A stretch of 64,000 nt of DNA from Balanoglossus misakiensis (GCA_040954595.2 JBECUI020000036.1:1-64000), one strand, 5' to 3'. Positions 21,125 through 31,526 are shown, numbered from the stretch's first letter. The notes: generated by a model from the letters alone, not told the origin. Translations and numbers: made by a program.

Positions 21125-21907
21125 ATGGTAGTAATTATACGTATAATCTTTGCTTGCATCGTTTTGCTTATTGCATCGGGAGCATATGCTCAGAATTATA
21201 CTTCGGATATGCAGTTATTTAGCGAAATTACGCGCATAACAAATGCTTCCGCACCGAGAATTTTCGGAAACCATATTATTTTCACCTATCAATCAGAGCA
21301 AACAGCCCATAGAGTCAGTATAATCTTCGAACATGAACAGTTTCGTACATTTCATCAGTTTACCACCATTGCAGGGTTTGAGGGGCGCTTATTTGTTTTT
21401 GTCATGGAAATACCACAGAATTTGACTGAACTACAGTACAAACTTGTTGTCGATAGCACTTGGATACCTGACCCCACCAATCCTCATACAACAATAATTG
21501 GATACGAAGAACCTTTATCAGTTTTTATTATAACACAAAATGAACAACGAATCAATGATCGCTTCATAGCCGGCGGACAGATAACATTTCGGTTAAATCT
21601 TGAGGAAAGAAATCAGAACCTGCTGCGTACCGTTGATTCTCGCTTTGTCTCAGTGAATGCCCTGCCCAGGCGGAGTGTGTTTCTTGTGGGAAGTTTCAAT
21701 AACTGGGACCCCTTCATACATCGGCTGGAACAGGACCCTGTGAATCCACAAGAATATTTTATTCGTTTGCAATTACCACCGGGGCGGCATTTTTACTATT
21801 TTGTAGTTGACGGCACGCGGATTCTTGATCCTATAAATGGTGAGTATGCACGGTCGGTGCAACATGGATACTTAGTTTCGGCATATACGGTTCCCCCCTT
21901 GCAATGA
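21125..21907 (+). CDS. Exported glycogen-binding (CBM48/AMPK-beta-like) domain protein
   Basis: Signal peptide; YKLVVDSTWIPDP and VFLVGSFNNWDP...YYFVVDG...DP motifs. Confidence 0.8.
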   Translation: MVVIIRIIFACIVLLIASGAYAQNYTSDMQLFSEITRITNASAPRIFGNHIIFTYQSEQTAHRVSIIFEHEQFRTFHQFTTIAGFEGRLFVFVMEIPQNLTELQYKLVVDSTWIPDPTNPHTTIIGYEEPLSVFIITQNEQRINDRFIAGGQITFRLNLEERNQNLLRTVDSRFVSVNALPRRSVFLVGSFNNWDPFIHRLEQDPVNPQEYFIRLQLPPGRHFYYFVVDGTRILDPINGEYARSVQHGYLVSAYTVPPLQ

Positions 21908-22356
21908 ATTTTTCTTATCGAACTATCGGAGAAGATCAAGTAATACTGGAAACCGCACAATGGTTTCGGTACTCTTTCGTGGGCATTGCAGTCATTCTTG
22001 CATTCAGCCTGCGTGCAAACTCAATACCGGGATATATCTTATTGATAATAAGCATCTTCGGGGCAGTCTATCGGGAACGCTGGATCTTCGACCGCAAAGA
22101 AGGCCACATTCGTTATAGCATGAACGTACTCATACCCTTAAAACGGCGGGAATACCAATTTCAAAGCATCACAGCCGTACAATACGAATTGATAGAAAAC
22201 AGAGTGGCATATAAAAAAGTACTCCGATATTCCTTGTTGCACAAGGAGACTAGCGCTCTACTTATAGAAACACGAATGGGGCGACATGCTGATAAAGATG
22301 TACGGATCCCAACAAAGCTCGCAGCTTTTCTGAACATCCCACTAGAACTGAAATAA
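21904..22356 (+). CDS. Hypothetical membrane protein
   Basis: Two TM segments; ATGA overlap with the upstream gene. Confidence 0.6.
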   Translation: MNFSYRTIGEDQVILETAQWFRYSFVGIAVILAFSLRANSIPGYILLIISIFGAVYRERWIFDRKEGHIRYSMNVLIPLKRREYQFQSITAVQYELIENRVAYKKVLRYSLLHKETSALLIETRMGRHADKDVRIPTKLAAFLNIPLELK

Positions 22357-22364
22357 GTTATCTC

Positions 22365-23336
22365 TTATGGAATGTATTCACCGGTATAGCTTGCGAGAAC
22401 AGCACGAACCTGCTTGACAGTCAAAGAATGTCCTTCCTCTTTGAGAGCCGACAGCAATTGGTTTGCCGACATATCCGGATTTTTCTGATGCAGGGCAAGA
22501 AGTCGCTTCGTTGCTATATCCGATGTATTCTTGTCGGCATACAGATTGATACCGCCACGACGAATAACTTCGAGTTTCCAATCAAGTCGTATCAATGTGC
22601 CTTGTAACTCGGCAATATTCTCTCTTATAGACTCGATATTACTTGATAACTCTGTTTTCATATCTGCAAGCGCCTCAAGGATGCGATCTTCCCCTTCCTG
22701 TTGACGAGTGCTGAGATTCGGAATACTCCCCTCCTGTATCTCGGTTAAAATACTCTCCAATTCGTCAATTCGTTGACTTAAGAAACTGGGTTCTTCGGAA
22801 GAAAGAAACCTTAACGGGTCATCAATAGCACTGGTAATACGTCGTAAAAGATGTCCCTCGTTGAAAAACTGCCCGCTGAGATTCAATACCAGATTATCTG
22901 CCAACAAGTAGAAATCATATTCTAATTTCTCATCGTAGAAGAAGCGAAGACCGGATGGAAGACGAGTTGCAATCTCGGAAGATCTTATAACCGTACCATC
23001 GCTTAAGGACATGCTCTTGGGAACAAGATAGAGTACCAAGCGCTCATCTTTTAATACAACTTCCAGTTTCTGTGGGGTAATACTCGTGAATTGACTAAAT
23101 ATTTCATTAACCGCAGTTAGATGTGCTACATATTGTTCATAGTCGGTACTATCAGTACGTAAATCGATGTCTATGGCCAGACCCTCGATATTTCGACGTA
23201 AACTGAATTGTAGTCCGTCGGAAGACTGTTCTATTATTTCCAAGCCTGAATCTAAAAGAAATGCATCCCAATCTATTGCAAATGCGGGAAATACATGTAC
23301 ACATACTATAATAATTAATGCGTATAACCGTCTCAT
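22365..23336 (-). CDS. Hypothetical exported protein with C-terminal coiled coil
   Basis: Signal peptide (AFA); third gene of the cyclase operon; AGGAG-type RBS. Confidence 0.65.
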   Translation of the reverse strand: MRRLYALIIIVCVHVFPAFAIDWDAFLLDSGLEIIEQSSDGLQFSLRRNIEGLAIDIDLRTDSTDYEQYVAHLTAVNEIFSQFTSITPQKLEVVLKDERLVLYLVPKSMSLSDGTVIRSSEIATRLPSGLRFFYDEKLEYDFYLLADNLVLNLSGQFFNEGHLLRRITSAIDDPLRFLSSEEPSFLSQRIDELESILTEIQEGSIPNLSTRQQEGEDRILEALADMKTELSSNIESIRENIAELQGTLIRLDWKLEVIRRGGINLYADKNTSDIATKRLLALHQKNPDMSANQLLSALKEEGHSLTVKQVRAVLASYTGEYIP

Positions 23337-25246
23337 TACCTATCTCCTTCGATTCGAGCATCCTGGTCGGGGTCTATTTGCCTAAACAGGTCGGTAGTAT
23401 CAAGCAATGTTTGATCCCCTTCCGTCCCCTCACCTGCTGTGCCCGTTTCAGGTAGGACCTCCGTTGTTATAGCTTTTGCTTCATCGTTAGATAATGCCTC
23501 ATCGCTCTCTATTGTTTCAGGGCTCTCTGATGCTTCAGGTGATGCTTCAGGTGTCGGCGGGGTCTCGCTTGTGGGCTCGGCGCTTGCTTCCGGTGCAACT
23601 TCAGCTCCAGGTTCTACTCCGCTTTCTACTCCAGTTTCAAGGAGAGATTCTTCTGATGCTTCAGGTGATGCTTCGGGTGTCGGCGGGGTCTCGCTTGTGG
23701 ACTCGGCACTTGCTTCCGGTGCAACTTCAGCTCCAGGTTCTACTCCGCTTTCTACTCCGGTTTCAAGGAGAGATTCTTCTTGTTCATCTTCGAGAACAGG
23801 TGCTGTCTCACTTACTTCTTCTTTTTCAAATATACTGACAATATCACCAGTATCATCCCATGAAATAAGTATGGTATCAAATGGCTGAAGTTTTGCGTTC
23901 TCTACAATGAAGTCTGTGAGCGAAGCCCGAATGTACTGAGTATAGGGAAGGAAGGAAAGAGTAGCAATTAATACATCATCATTGCGAAACACGTAGCCTA
24001 CCGAACGCTCACCAATGGGAACATAGCTATCAATGTAGATCATAATGTCCTCATTATTACGGGGGTCTATGATATACCCGTTATCTCGGTTTCTCGTGCT
24101 AAACGATTGAAATGCAAATAAATGCCGCTCAACCTGATCTTCCAGTTGATGTACCTCAGTTATGCGACCACGTAAGCGTTCAGTAAGAATGTTCATAAAT
24201 CGTTGGTGGTTCATAACCGTGTTGGTATACCGGCTATCGATCTGTTGTATGGCACGTGCAATATCATTTTCATAGGGAATTGATTTTAGTTCTTCCATAA
24301 TTTCCCGAAACTGCTCATGGAAGAGGCGCTCCTGCACTATTTCTTCGGCTGGAAGAAACTCGTTGTTATCTATGTTGACTGCAAATCCTTCGATAGAAGA
24401 AAAGGGCTCATCGTCCAAGAGTGGGGCTACCTGTGGAAGTAATGGATTGTACTTAACGTAGTTTGCTTCCAGTTCTCTCTTTTGCTTGGCATTGAGCTCG
24501 TTTATAGAAGCAGTATAAAATGTTCTCCGTTCCTGCAATTCGCTTTCGTAGGTTTCAGTTAAATGACTAATCCGTCTTTCATACGAATTTGACAAGTTAT
24601 CAAGTTCTATACTATGCAGTCTTCGTTCATTGGCTAGTATTTCCTCTTGCCGACGGGCAATTTCCAACTGCTGCGTATCGTAATCGTTTAGATCTTGCCG
24701 GATTCGGAGGATAATAACTTCCTGCTCTTCCAATAAGGGGGCAAATTCTCTTTCCAGACGGGCAATCTCATCGCTCTGAACATCACGCAGGTTGTTTGCC
24801 CGCACATTCATAGCGGCTGGGGACAAATCCTGTGTTTCCAGCAATGCAATTTCTTGCTCAATACGGGCATTGATACCACCCAGTTTTAGATTTTTCTCTG
24901 CAATGAGTTCATTTTGCCTCACAATGGCCCGCTCCATATCTGCTTCGAGCTGTTTCGTAATATTCAAGAGCTCACGAAGGTTGGCATTTTGAAACGTAGC
25001 AATGTCTATAGTTGCCGATTCATAGCGACTCTGAACAATCAAGTTCATAACATAGGTCAATGCAAAGAAAGTAACAAGAGTGAGAGAAACAATAATAAGA
25101 ACACGCCAATTCCTGTTTTGTTTTGTTTTTTCGAACTCGGCCTGAACATCGTAGCGTTTTTGTCCCTCCATTGCCCGTTCGATCTGTTGAAGGAAAATAT
25201 TTTTGCTTTTAGCTACGCGACTTTCTATTTGGTCTCCATTTTCCAT
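23336..25246 (-). CDS. Hypothetical single-TM coiled-coil protein with acidic repeat tail
   Basis: One TM helix, long coiled coil and a duplicated 42-aa block; start overlaps the cyclase stop by 22 nt. Confidence 0.7.
   Translation of the reverse strand: MENGDQIESRVAKSKNIFLQQIERAMEGQKRYDVQAEFEKTKQNRNWRVLIIVSLTLVTFFALTYVMNLIVQSRYESATIDIATFQNANLRELLNITKQLEADMERAIVRQNELIAEKNLKLGGINARIEQEIALLETQDLSPAAMNVRANNLRDVQSDEIARLEREFAPLLEEQEVIILRIRQDLNDYDTQQLEIARRQEEILANERRLHSIELDNLSNSYERRISHLTETYESELQERRTFYTASINELNAKQKRELEANYVKYNPLLPQVAPLLDDEPFSSIEGFAVNIDNNEFLPAEEIVQERLFHEQFREIMEELKSIPYENDIARAIQQIDSRYTNTVMNHQRFMNILTERLRGRITEVHQLEDQVERHLFAFQSFSTRNRDNGYIIDPRNNEDIMIYIDSYVPIGERSVGYVFRNDDVLIATLSFLPYTQYIRASLTDFIVENAKLQPFDTILISWDDTGDIVSIFEKEEVSETAPVLEDEQEESLLETGVESGVEPGAEVAPEASAESTSETPPTPEASPEASEESLLETGVESGVEPGAEVAPEASAEPTSETPPTPEASPEASESPETIESDEALSNDEAKAITTEVLPETGTAGEGTEGDQTLLDTTDLFRQIDPDQDARIEGDR
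23526..23777. repeat. In-frame 126-bp tandem duplication (2 copies)
   Basis: Near-identical copies start at 23526 and 23652, encoding EESLLETGVESGVEPGAEVAPEASAE(S/P)TSETPPTPEASPEAS twice. Confidence 0.9.
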
Positions 25247-26925
25247 ACGCCCCTCCAGTCTTCCGGCGGCTCCTTTAATGTTGCCATGCGTTGAAGAAAA
25301 ATATCAACTGTCGGTAATTCACACGTTTCCAACAGCTTTGTTGCTGATTCCCACGAACCCCTACGGTACAACGCCAATCCACGAGAAAAAGTATCAAACT
25401 GTTTCTGCATAATGCCGTCAATTAATGCCTGTTCCATTACCCAGAAAATGCTCTCTGCAGTAGTTTTTCCTTTTACAGTTACCTTATCAAGTTCCAGAAA
25501 ACAAAATTCCCCGCTATGGGTGCCCTCTACCTCATTCTTAATCGCCAAGGAACATATAACAGGCACCTTGTATAAGCGCGTTAAGCCTTCCAGACGGGAA
25601 GAAAAGTTTACGTGGTCACCGATAACCGTGTTGGTCATCCGATCCTGTGATCCTATGTTGCCATAGAAGACTTCTCCCCCATCAATACCGACACCCACTT
25701 CAAGCATGACCGCATCGTACAACCGTTCTTCAACCTTTGTTAAACGCCCGCGCTGTCTCGCCACCTTCTCTCGTCTGCGGGTCATCTCTTCACGAAGCAG
25801 TGATACACCATGTTGTATGTCAAATGCCGCTTTCAAAGCAAGGTATGCTTTTTTCGAACTGGATTCCTCCAAGATACCGAAAATTGCAAGCAGAGCATCT
25901 CCAATAATGGAGCCAATATCGCCGTGCCAACGGTGGATGGCATCAATGACCTTCCCGTAATGTAGATTCAAGAGTTTAATAATGTCCATACCTAACATTT
26001 CGGTAATATAGGTAAAGCGTCGGATATCGGTAAAGAGAATTGCCAAGTGCTGCGGTTTCCCTTCCAACCGTACTTCGTGCTCCTCATATGCTTTCATGGC
26101 AATGTCTCGAGCAACGAACTTCTTAAAAATATCAACAAGATTTTCTACAGTCGTGGAAAGAGCATTAAAGGCTATTCCAAGATATGTTACATTGTCATGA
26201 GCAGCACCTTTCATATCTATCATGCTTAGTTTTTGTGCACGCTGCATGGAAATAATAGACCTGGTGAGGATACGAATAAAACGAAAAATATAATTAATAG
26301 TATAGACCCCAACTACCATGCAGAAAAGTGTAAGCAAAACAATAAGAAGCGATACATTAAAAAATATCTGCTGGGTTGATGCTCGAAACTCATTGGTTTC
26401 CTCAGCACGAATAAAGTGCATATCCCAAATCTGACTATACTTGAATATACCGTAGTACCTATAGTTATTATAAGTAAACGAGAGAGTGCCCCCAATTTCT
26501 TTCTGCTCATCCATCGTTTGTAGGGCTTCATCATCATTAAAAACCGCTTCCATATCTTCCATTTTTGATACACGAATCGGGATTTGCATGTCTGCTGTAA
26601 CACCTAGTATGATAGACTTTTCCCCTGTTAGACGCAGTTTTGCATTTTCTACAATGCTACTAATCGACCCTTCCCTATCTTGATTAAATTGACTAATTTC
26701 AAACTGGGTAGAGGCATAGTCCAAGGTACGCTCCAGATCGCGAACCATCAATAATCGAATCAGTCGTAACTGATCCTCTTGATTAAGGATAAAATTCAGG
26801 TAGTTCGTCGTAAAGTTCGACGCCAAGAGGAGGACAGAAAATAATAGTGTAATCTTTACTGAAATGGGGACAACACGAACTGTTCCTATTTTTTCTCCAA
26901 GAATTCTGTCGGTAAAATTCCCCAT
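25225..26925 (-). CDS. Membrane class III adenylate/guanylate cyclase domain protein
   Basis: Two TMs and a periplasmic domain; ILFTDIRRFT, IIGDA, GVGIDGGEV and TVIGDHVNFSSRLE. Confidence 0.9.
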   Translation of the reverse strand: MGNFTDRILGEKIGTVRVVPISVKITLLFSVLLLASNFTTNYLNFILNQEDQLRLIRLLMVRDLERTLDYASTQFEISQFNQDREGSISSIVENAKLRLTGEKSIILGVTADMQIPIRVSKMEDMEAVFNDDEALQTMDEQKEIGGTLSFTYNNYRYYGIFKYSQIWDMHFIRAEETNEFRASTQQIFFNVSLLIVLLTLFCMVVGVYTINYIFRFIRILTRSIISMQRAQKLSMIDMKGAAHDNVTYLGIAFNALSTTVENLVDIFKKFVARDIAMKAYEEHEVRLEGKPQHLAILFTDIRRFTYITEMLGMDIIKLLNLHYGKVIDAIHRWHGDIGSIIGDALLAIFGILEESSSKKAYLALKAAFDIQHGVSLLREEMTRRREKVARQRGRLTKVEERLYDAVMLEVGVGIDGGEVFYGNIGSQDRMTNTVIGDHVNFSSRLEGLTRLYKVPVICSLAIKNEVEGTHSGEFCFLELDKVTVKGKTTAESIFWVMEQALIDGIMQKQFDTFSRGLALYRRGSWESATKLLETCELPTVDIFLQRMATLKEPPEDWRGVWKMETK

Positions 26926-27040
26926 AAAACACCATTTCTCCTTCTTAACCTATATTGACATAAATATATAGCTATGTCAACTAGTTCTCTATATTTGAAA
27001 TACATAATAATAATTACTTATGGTATCATTACAGAGAAGA

Positions 27041-28168
27041 ATGTCAATATATAAACTACAAAATATCGTACAGCATTACTCATGGGGTTCATTTGATGTC
27101 ATTCCCAAACTGCTTGGTATAAACAATGCCTCGCAGAGACCCTTTGCCGAGCTGTGGATGGGCACGCATCCGGCTGGGGAATCCCGAATCGACGACGGAC
27201 GCAGGCTTGCTGAACAGGTGCTGAAGGATAGCAATGCTGATCTCCCCTTTCTCTTTAAAATCCTCTCCGCACGTCGTCCTCTTTCAATACAATTACACCC
27301 GGATAAGCAACAGGCAGAGAAAGGGTACGATGCCGAGGAGAAAGCAGGCATTGATTATCAGGCCCCGGAACGTATGTATAAGGATCGGAATCATAAACCG
27401 GAAATGCTTGCTGCAATAAGCAAAGTCTATGCACTCTGTTCCTTCCGCCCCGTAGACGAAATACATGAAGATCTTTCATTGCTCTTGCCAAAGCAAAGGA
27501 ATGCGGCGAATTACTTAAGACATATACTTTCTCTTGATGAAGACGCAAAAAAGACTGCTATCAGTCGTGCCGTCGCCTATGCAAAACAAGCAATGGAGCA
27601 GGAGTATGACCGATACTGGTGGCTTCTGCGTTTAGTCGAATACTATCCGAAGGATGTCGGTTGTCTATCGCCACTGTTTCTTAACCTGATACAGTTGGAG
27701 CCCGGCGAAGCTGTATTTCTTAAACCGCGTGAGATTCATGCATATCTTCAGGGAAGCGGATTAGAAATTATGGCAACCTCCGATAATGTACTCCGCGCGG
27801 GTTGTACCGATAAGTATATTAATGAGGAAGAACTTCTGCGTGTCGCCAGTTTTCTGCCTCAGAATCCCCCTATCCTCCGGGCAGAAGCCCTCTCTGATTC
27901 CGAGTATCTATATCCGACCCAAACAAAAGAGTTTGAACTCTCCCGAATTGATATTCTCAATCAACGAAAAAGCGCAATACGAAGAAAATTGCCCGAAATT
28001 CTGCTTTGCACAGACGGGTTCATTAATCTGCAGGGAAAAAACCAGGCTGTTTCCTTCCGAAAAGGAGAATCGGTCTATATTTCTCCTGCAGTCAGTACCC
28101 TTGTCATGGAGGGAAGAGCTACCCTGTATCGGGCATCTTTGCCGGGAGCCGCAGGTCTGCTACACTAG
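27041..28168 (+). CDS. manA: Mannose-6-phosphate isomerase, class I
   Basis: QHYSWGS, AELWMGTHP, LPFLFKIL, PLSIQLHP, YKDRNHKPE, HAYL and SDNVLRAG. Confidence 0.95.
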   Translation: MSIYKLQNIVQHYSWGSFDVIPKLLGINNASQRPFAELWMGTHPAGESRIDDGRRLAEQVLKDSNADLPFLFKILSARRPLSIQLHPDKQQAEKGYDAEEKAGIDYQAPERMYKDRNHKPEMLAAISKVYALCSFRPVDEIHEDLSLLLPKQRNAANYLRHILSLDEDAKKTAISRAVAYAKQAMEQEYDRYWWLLRLVEYYPKDVGCLSPLFLNLIQLEPGEAVFLKPREIHAYLQGSGLEIMATSDNVLRAGCTDKYINEEELLRVASFLPQNPPILRAEALSDSEYLYPTQTKEFELSRIDILNQRKSAIRRKLPEILLCTDGFINLQGKNQAVSFRKGESVYISPAVSTLVMEGRATLYRASLPGAAGLLH

Positions 28169-28624
28169 ATGATGCTCCGCATTATTGTCGACGCTGATTC
28201 CTGTGCAGCCAACGCTCGGAAAATCCTGTTTCGCCGGGTTGAACGGGGTGACATAAGGCTTCTCCTTGTTGCCAATAAACCCATTCCGATCCCCCCCCGG
28301 CAAGGGATAGATTTCCTGCAAGTACCAACCCAGGCCGAAGCAGCAGATCATGCCATTATGAACACCGCGGATGGCGATGATCTTGTTATTACCAGAGATA
28401 TAGTGCTTGCATCCCGCCTACTAAAAGAAAATATTGCCTGTATGAACGATTACGGGGTGCTATTCGACAGCAATAGTATTGGTGAACGCTTGAGCGAACG
28501 AGAATTTAGTTTAACGATGCGTTCTGCAGGATTGTGGGAAAAGAAAAAGAAACAGCCCTATACTGCAACTGAGTTTGCTAATGCACTTGATCGCTTTGTG
28601 CAGAATTTTTACAGGAAAGGCTAA
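28169..28624 (+). CDS. YaiI/YqxD family protein (DUF188)
   Basis: IIVDADSC, AADHAI and DLVITRDIVLA motifs. Confidence 0.9.
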   Translation: MMLRIIVDADSCAANARKILFRRVERGDIRLLLVANKPIPIPPRQGIDFLQVPTQAEAADHAIMNTADGDDLVITRDIVLASRLLKENIACMNDYGVLFDSNSIGERLSEREFSLTMRSAGLWEKKKKQPYTATEFANALDRFVQNFYRKG

Positions 28625-28654
28625 GTCCGTTGAGTCCGTTAATATGGACGGGAC

Positions 28655-29596
28655 TTACAGAGCCCCACTTCGCAGACGTAAGGCAAGATTTCGTATACGT
28701 TCGATAATAATTATCTGTTGTTTAATTTTTGCATCCATATCACTCGTTATGCCGACAAGATTTGTTTGCCGTGCTTCCCGGAGATTTAAGAGTTCATTCT
28801 GAAACTCTTCAAATGATAACTGTGCCTGCAAGAGATCGATCTGTTGAAGGAATGCGAGATTCATCTCATCAATTTTTTGTCGTTTCTCATCAAGAAGCTT
28901 ATTCTCTTCGTCAATGGCATCCTGCAAACTTTGTTCTACCTTGCGGTAAACTATCTCTCTGATATTGACAATGTCTAATGCTTCTTCATCAGGGATGCTT
29001 TCCAGCATGAGCTGTGTATTAACGTTTTGTGTCTGTTCGATCATGCTATTCAGTTCAAGAATCTGTGCGGCATATTCGTTGGTTAACATCATGCGGTTAT
29101 CATTGTACTCCGAACGAAGTTGCTGCTCCCTCTGGTTACGGACTGCAGTACTGATGTTTGCTGCCGCTAGGTCATCCATTTGCTCTATCAGTACATCGTT
29201 TAACTCTATCAGCTTGACGTTTAATTCCGCCTGCAGGGAATTGCGCTGCAGGATCGCAGTTTCCACCTCTTGCTCAAACTGCGTAGTCATAAGAGAGAGC
29301 AACTCGCGCAAACCTGAATTTCGTGTTAAGAGTATGTTTAGAGACTGTTGGGAATAATACTTGGGTGCCTGATAGTATACAAAGAGGGTAAAAGCACCAA
29401 AGAGAAGTAATACTAACGAGATGGTAATAATAACCGGCCAACTCTTGTTTTTCCGGATCTTGATAAATTCTTCGTCAATATTGTATCGACCTACACGTAC
29501 TTCATCATCTACTTCACTACTTAATCGAGGATATTTTGGTTCAGAAACTATGCCTGGTATCACGTACTGTTTTCCTACTTTGTTTTCATTGTCCAT
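28655..29596 (-). CDS. Hypothetical single-TM coiled-coil protein, shorter paralog of 23336-25246
   Basis: Starts MDNENK, overlapping the cyclase stop by 22 nt; RYNIDEEF.K.RKNKSW vs RYDVQAEFEKTKQNRNW; LRELL shared. Confidence 0.7.
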   Translation of the reverse strand: MDNENKVGKQYVIPGIVSEPKYPRLSSEVDDEVRVGRYNIDEEFIKIRKNKSWPVIITISLVLLLFGAFTLFVYYQAPKYYSQQSLNILLTRNSGLRELLSLMTTQFEQEVETAILQRNSLQAELNVKLIELNDVLIEQMDDLAAANISTAVRNQREQQLRSEYNDNRMMLTNEYAAQILELNSMIEQTQNVNTQLMLESIPDEEALDIVNIREIVYRKVEQSLQDAIDEENKLLDEKRQKIDEMNLAFLQQIDLLQAQLSFEEFQNELLNLREARQTNLVGITSDMDAKIKQQIIIIERIRNLALRLRSGAL

Positions 29597-31272
29597 ACAC
29601 CACTCCATCCTTTTGGCGGTGTTTTCATTGTTGTCATACGCCGAATGAAGATATCTCGCGGTGGCAATGTACAGGACTGCAACATATGCTGCGCATCGCT
29701 CCATTGTCCTGCATAGTACAACTGCTGTGCTTGTGAAAACATACTGATCTGTTGTTGCATGGTACTATCCACCTTGTCTCTTTCTAATACCCAATAAATT
29801 TTTTCTTCTCTCAGTTTTCCTTTTACAATTACCGTATCTAATTCCAAGAAATAAAACTGAACGTAATGTTTTGCCTCTTGTTGAACAACTTCCGAACAAA
29901 TGATCGGTACATTGTACCACCGAGTCAGCCCCTCCAACCGCGAGGCAAAGTTTACCTGTTCGCCGATGACGGTGTTTACCATCCGCACAGACGAGCCAAT
30001 GGTGCCATAAAACACCTCGCCTCCATCAATGCCTATGCCAATGCTTACGTTAATCTGCTTGAGAAGAGGAGGCATGTTGCGCTGAATTTCAAAAGCTGAT
30101 TTTAGCGATAAGTAGTACTTCCCGCTTTGATCTCTCTCTGGTAGTGATGAAGATAAGGTTTCCGGGGCCGGCACAAGTCCATCGGTTTCCAATAATCCAA
30201 AGATGGCAAGCAATCCATCACCAACAATGGCATTGACATCTCCACGCCATCTATGGATGGCATCAATCACCTGCTTATAATGAACATTAAGAAGGGTAAC
30301 AATGTCGGACCCGACAGTTTCGGTAATACGGGTGAACTGGTGAATGTCGGTAATAAGTATCGCCAATTCTTGTTTTTGTCCGCCGAGTGAAACTGAACCC
30401 TCATATGCTCGTCGGGCAATGTCGCGGGCAACAAAGCGCCGAAATGTATTAACCAAGCGCGTTATAGTGGTCGATAGGGCATTGAAAGCCACACTGAGAT
30501 AGGTGATGTCATCGTTCGTTGCACCGGATAGATCGATGGTCTGTAACTGGGTATGCTCGCGCATGGTAGTTATGGCGTCGGTTAATATGCGAATATACCG
30601 GAGCAGATAATGAATAGAATATATCCCAATAAAGATACATATAATGGTGAGTACGGCTATTAATATGGATATATTGGCAAAGATACCCCGAATGGGGGCC
30701 GCAAACTCGTTCATTTCTTCGGCCCGAACAAAATGCATATCCCATAACTGGCTATACTTATATACTCCGTAGTATGTTTGCCCGAGGAATTCAAACGACA
30801 GGTATCCACCATCATTCTTCGTATTGTTCATCTGCAACAACGAAGCACTATCGGTAAAAAATTGTTGGTCTATTGTTTCCGGGGAGGAGATAAAATAGAT
30901 GACCCCATCACCATAAACTCCCAGCAATAAGGAATGTTGCCCGGTTAGATATACCTGTGAATGGGCAATCATATTGTTTATCGATTGCTGGCGATCCTGA
31001 TGAAACTGGATAACTTCCCGTTCAAACTGTATGGTAGAAAAGTCTAGTGCCCGTTCCAAATCCCTGACCATAAGACTACGGCTCAGGCGAAGATATTCTT
31101 GTTCACTTAGTAATAGATTTAGGTAATTAGATACAAAATTGGATGCAAGCAACAATATTGTAAACAATACAGTTATCTTTATTGATATTGGAATAATTCG
31201 GATTCCGCCGACCTTATTCCCGGAAAGCATCCCTTTCAAAAAACCTGTTCTCATAACCGCATCCTTATCCAT
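29575..31272 (-). CDS. Membrane class III adenylate/guanylate cyclase domain protein (paralog)
   Basis: ILITDIHQFT, IVGDG, GIGIDGGEV and TVIGEQVNFASRLE; colinear with 25225-26925. Confidence 0.9.
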   Translation of the reverse strand: MDKDAVMRTGFLKGMLSGNKVGGIRIIPISIKITVLFTILLLASNFVSNYLNLLLSEQEYLRLSRSLMVRDLERALDFSTIQFEREVIQFHQDRQQSINNMIAHSQVYLTGQHSLLLGVYGDGVIYFISSPETIDQQFFTDSASLLQMNNTKNDGGYLSFEFLGQTYYGVYKYSQLWDMHFVRAEEMNEFAAPIRGIFANISILIAVLTIICIFIGIYSIHYLLRYIRILTDAITTMREHTQLQTIDLSGATNDDITYLSVAFNALSTTITRLVNTFRRFVARDIARRAYEGSVSLGGQKQELAILITDIHQFTRITETVGSDIVTLLNVHYKQVIDAIHRWRGDVNAIVGDGLLAIFGLLETDGLVPAPETLSSSLPERDQSGKYYLSLKSAFEIQRNMPPLLKQINVSIGIGIDGGEVFYGTIGSSVRMVNTVIGEQVNFASRLEGLTRWYNVPIICSEVVQQEAKHYVQFYFLELDTVIVKGKLREEKIYWVLERDKVDSTMQQQISMFSQAQQLYYAGQWSDAQHMLQSCTLPPRDIFIRRMTTMKTPPKGWSGVWTMKTK

Positions 31273-31526
31273 CCGCTAGTCTATAACAACCCTCCCCGTT
31301 GCTTTACAGCCTAATCTTTGTCTTTCTTTATACTAACGTTACTATATGTAAGAAACTTATGTCAATAACAAACAAAGAAAATCTACTAAATTTGTATATT
31401 ATGGGTGGGTATACAAACTACAAAATGCCTCACTAAAAAATTGCAGCACGTTATTATTGATATTAATACTACATATATGATATGATGTTTATCTATAAAG
31501 ATATATCTTAAACAAAGGAGTTCAAT

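Noticed and set aside
25225-31272. Pycsar anti-phage system
   Set aside because: The cyclases are membrane receptors with periplasmic domains in a housekeeping context, and no cyclic-nucleotide-binding TIR or TM effector is adjacent.
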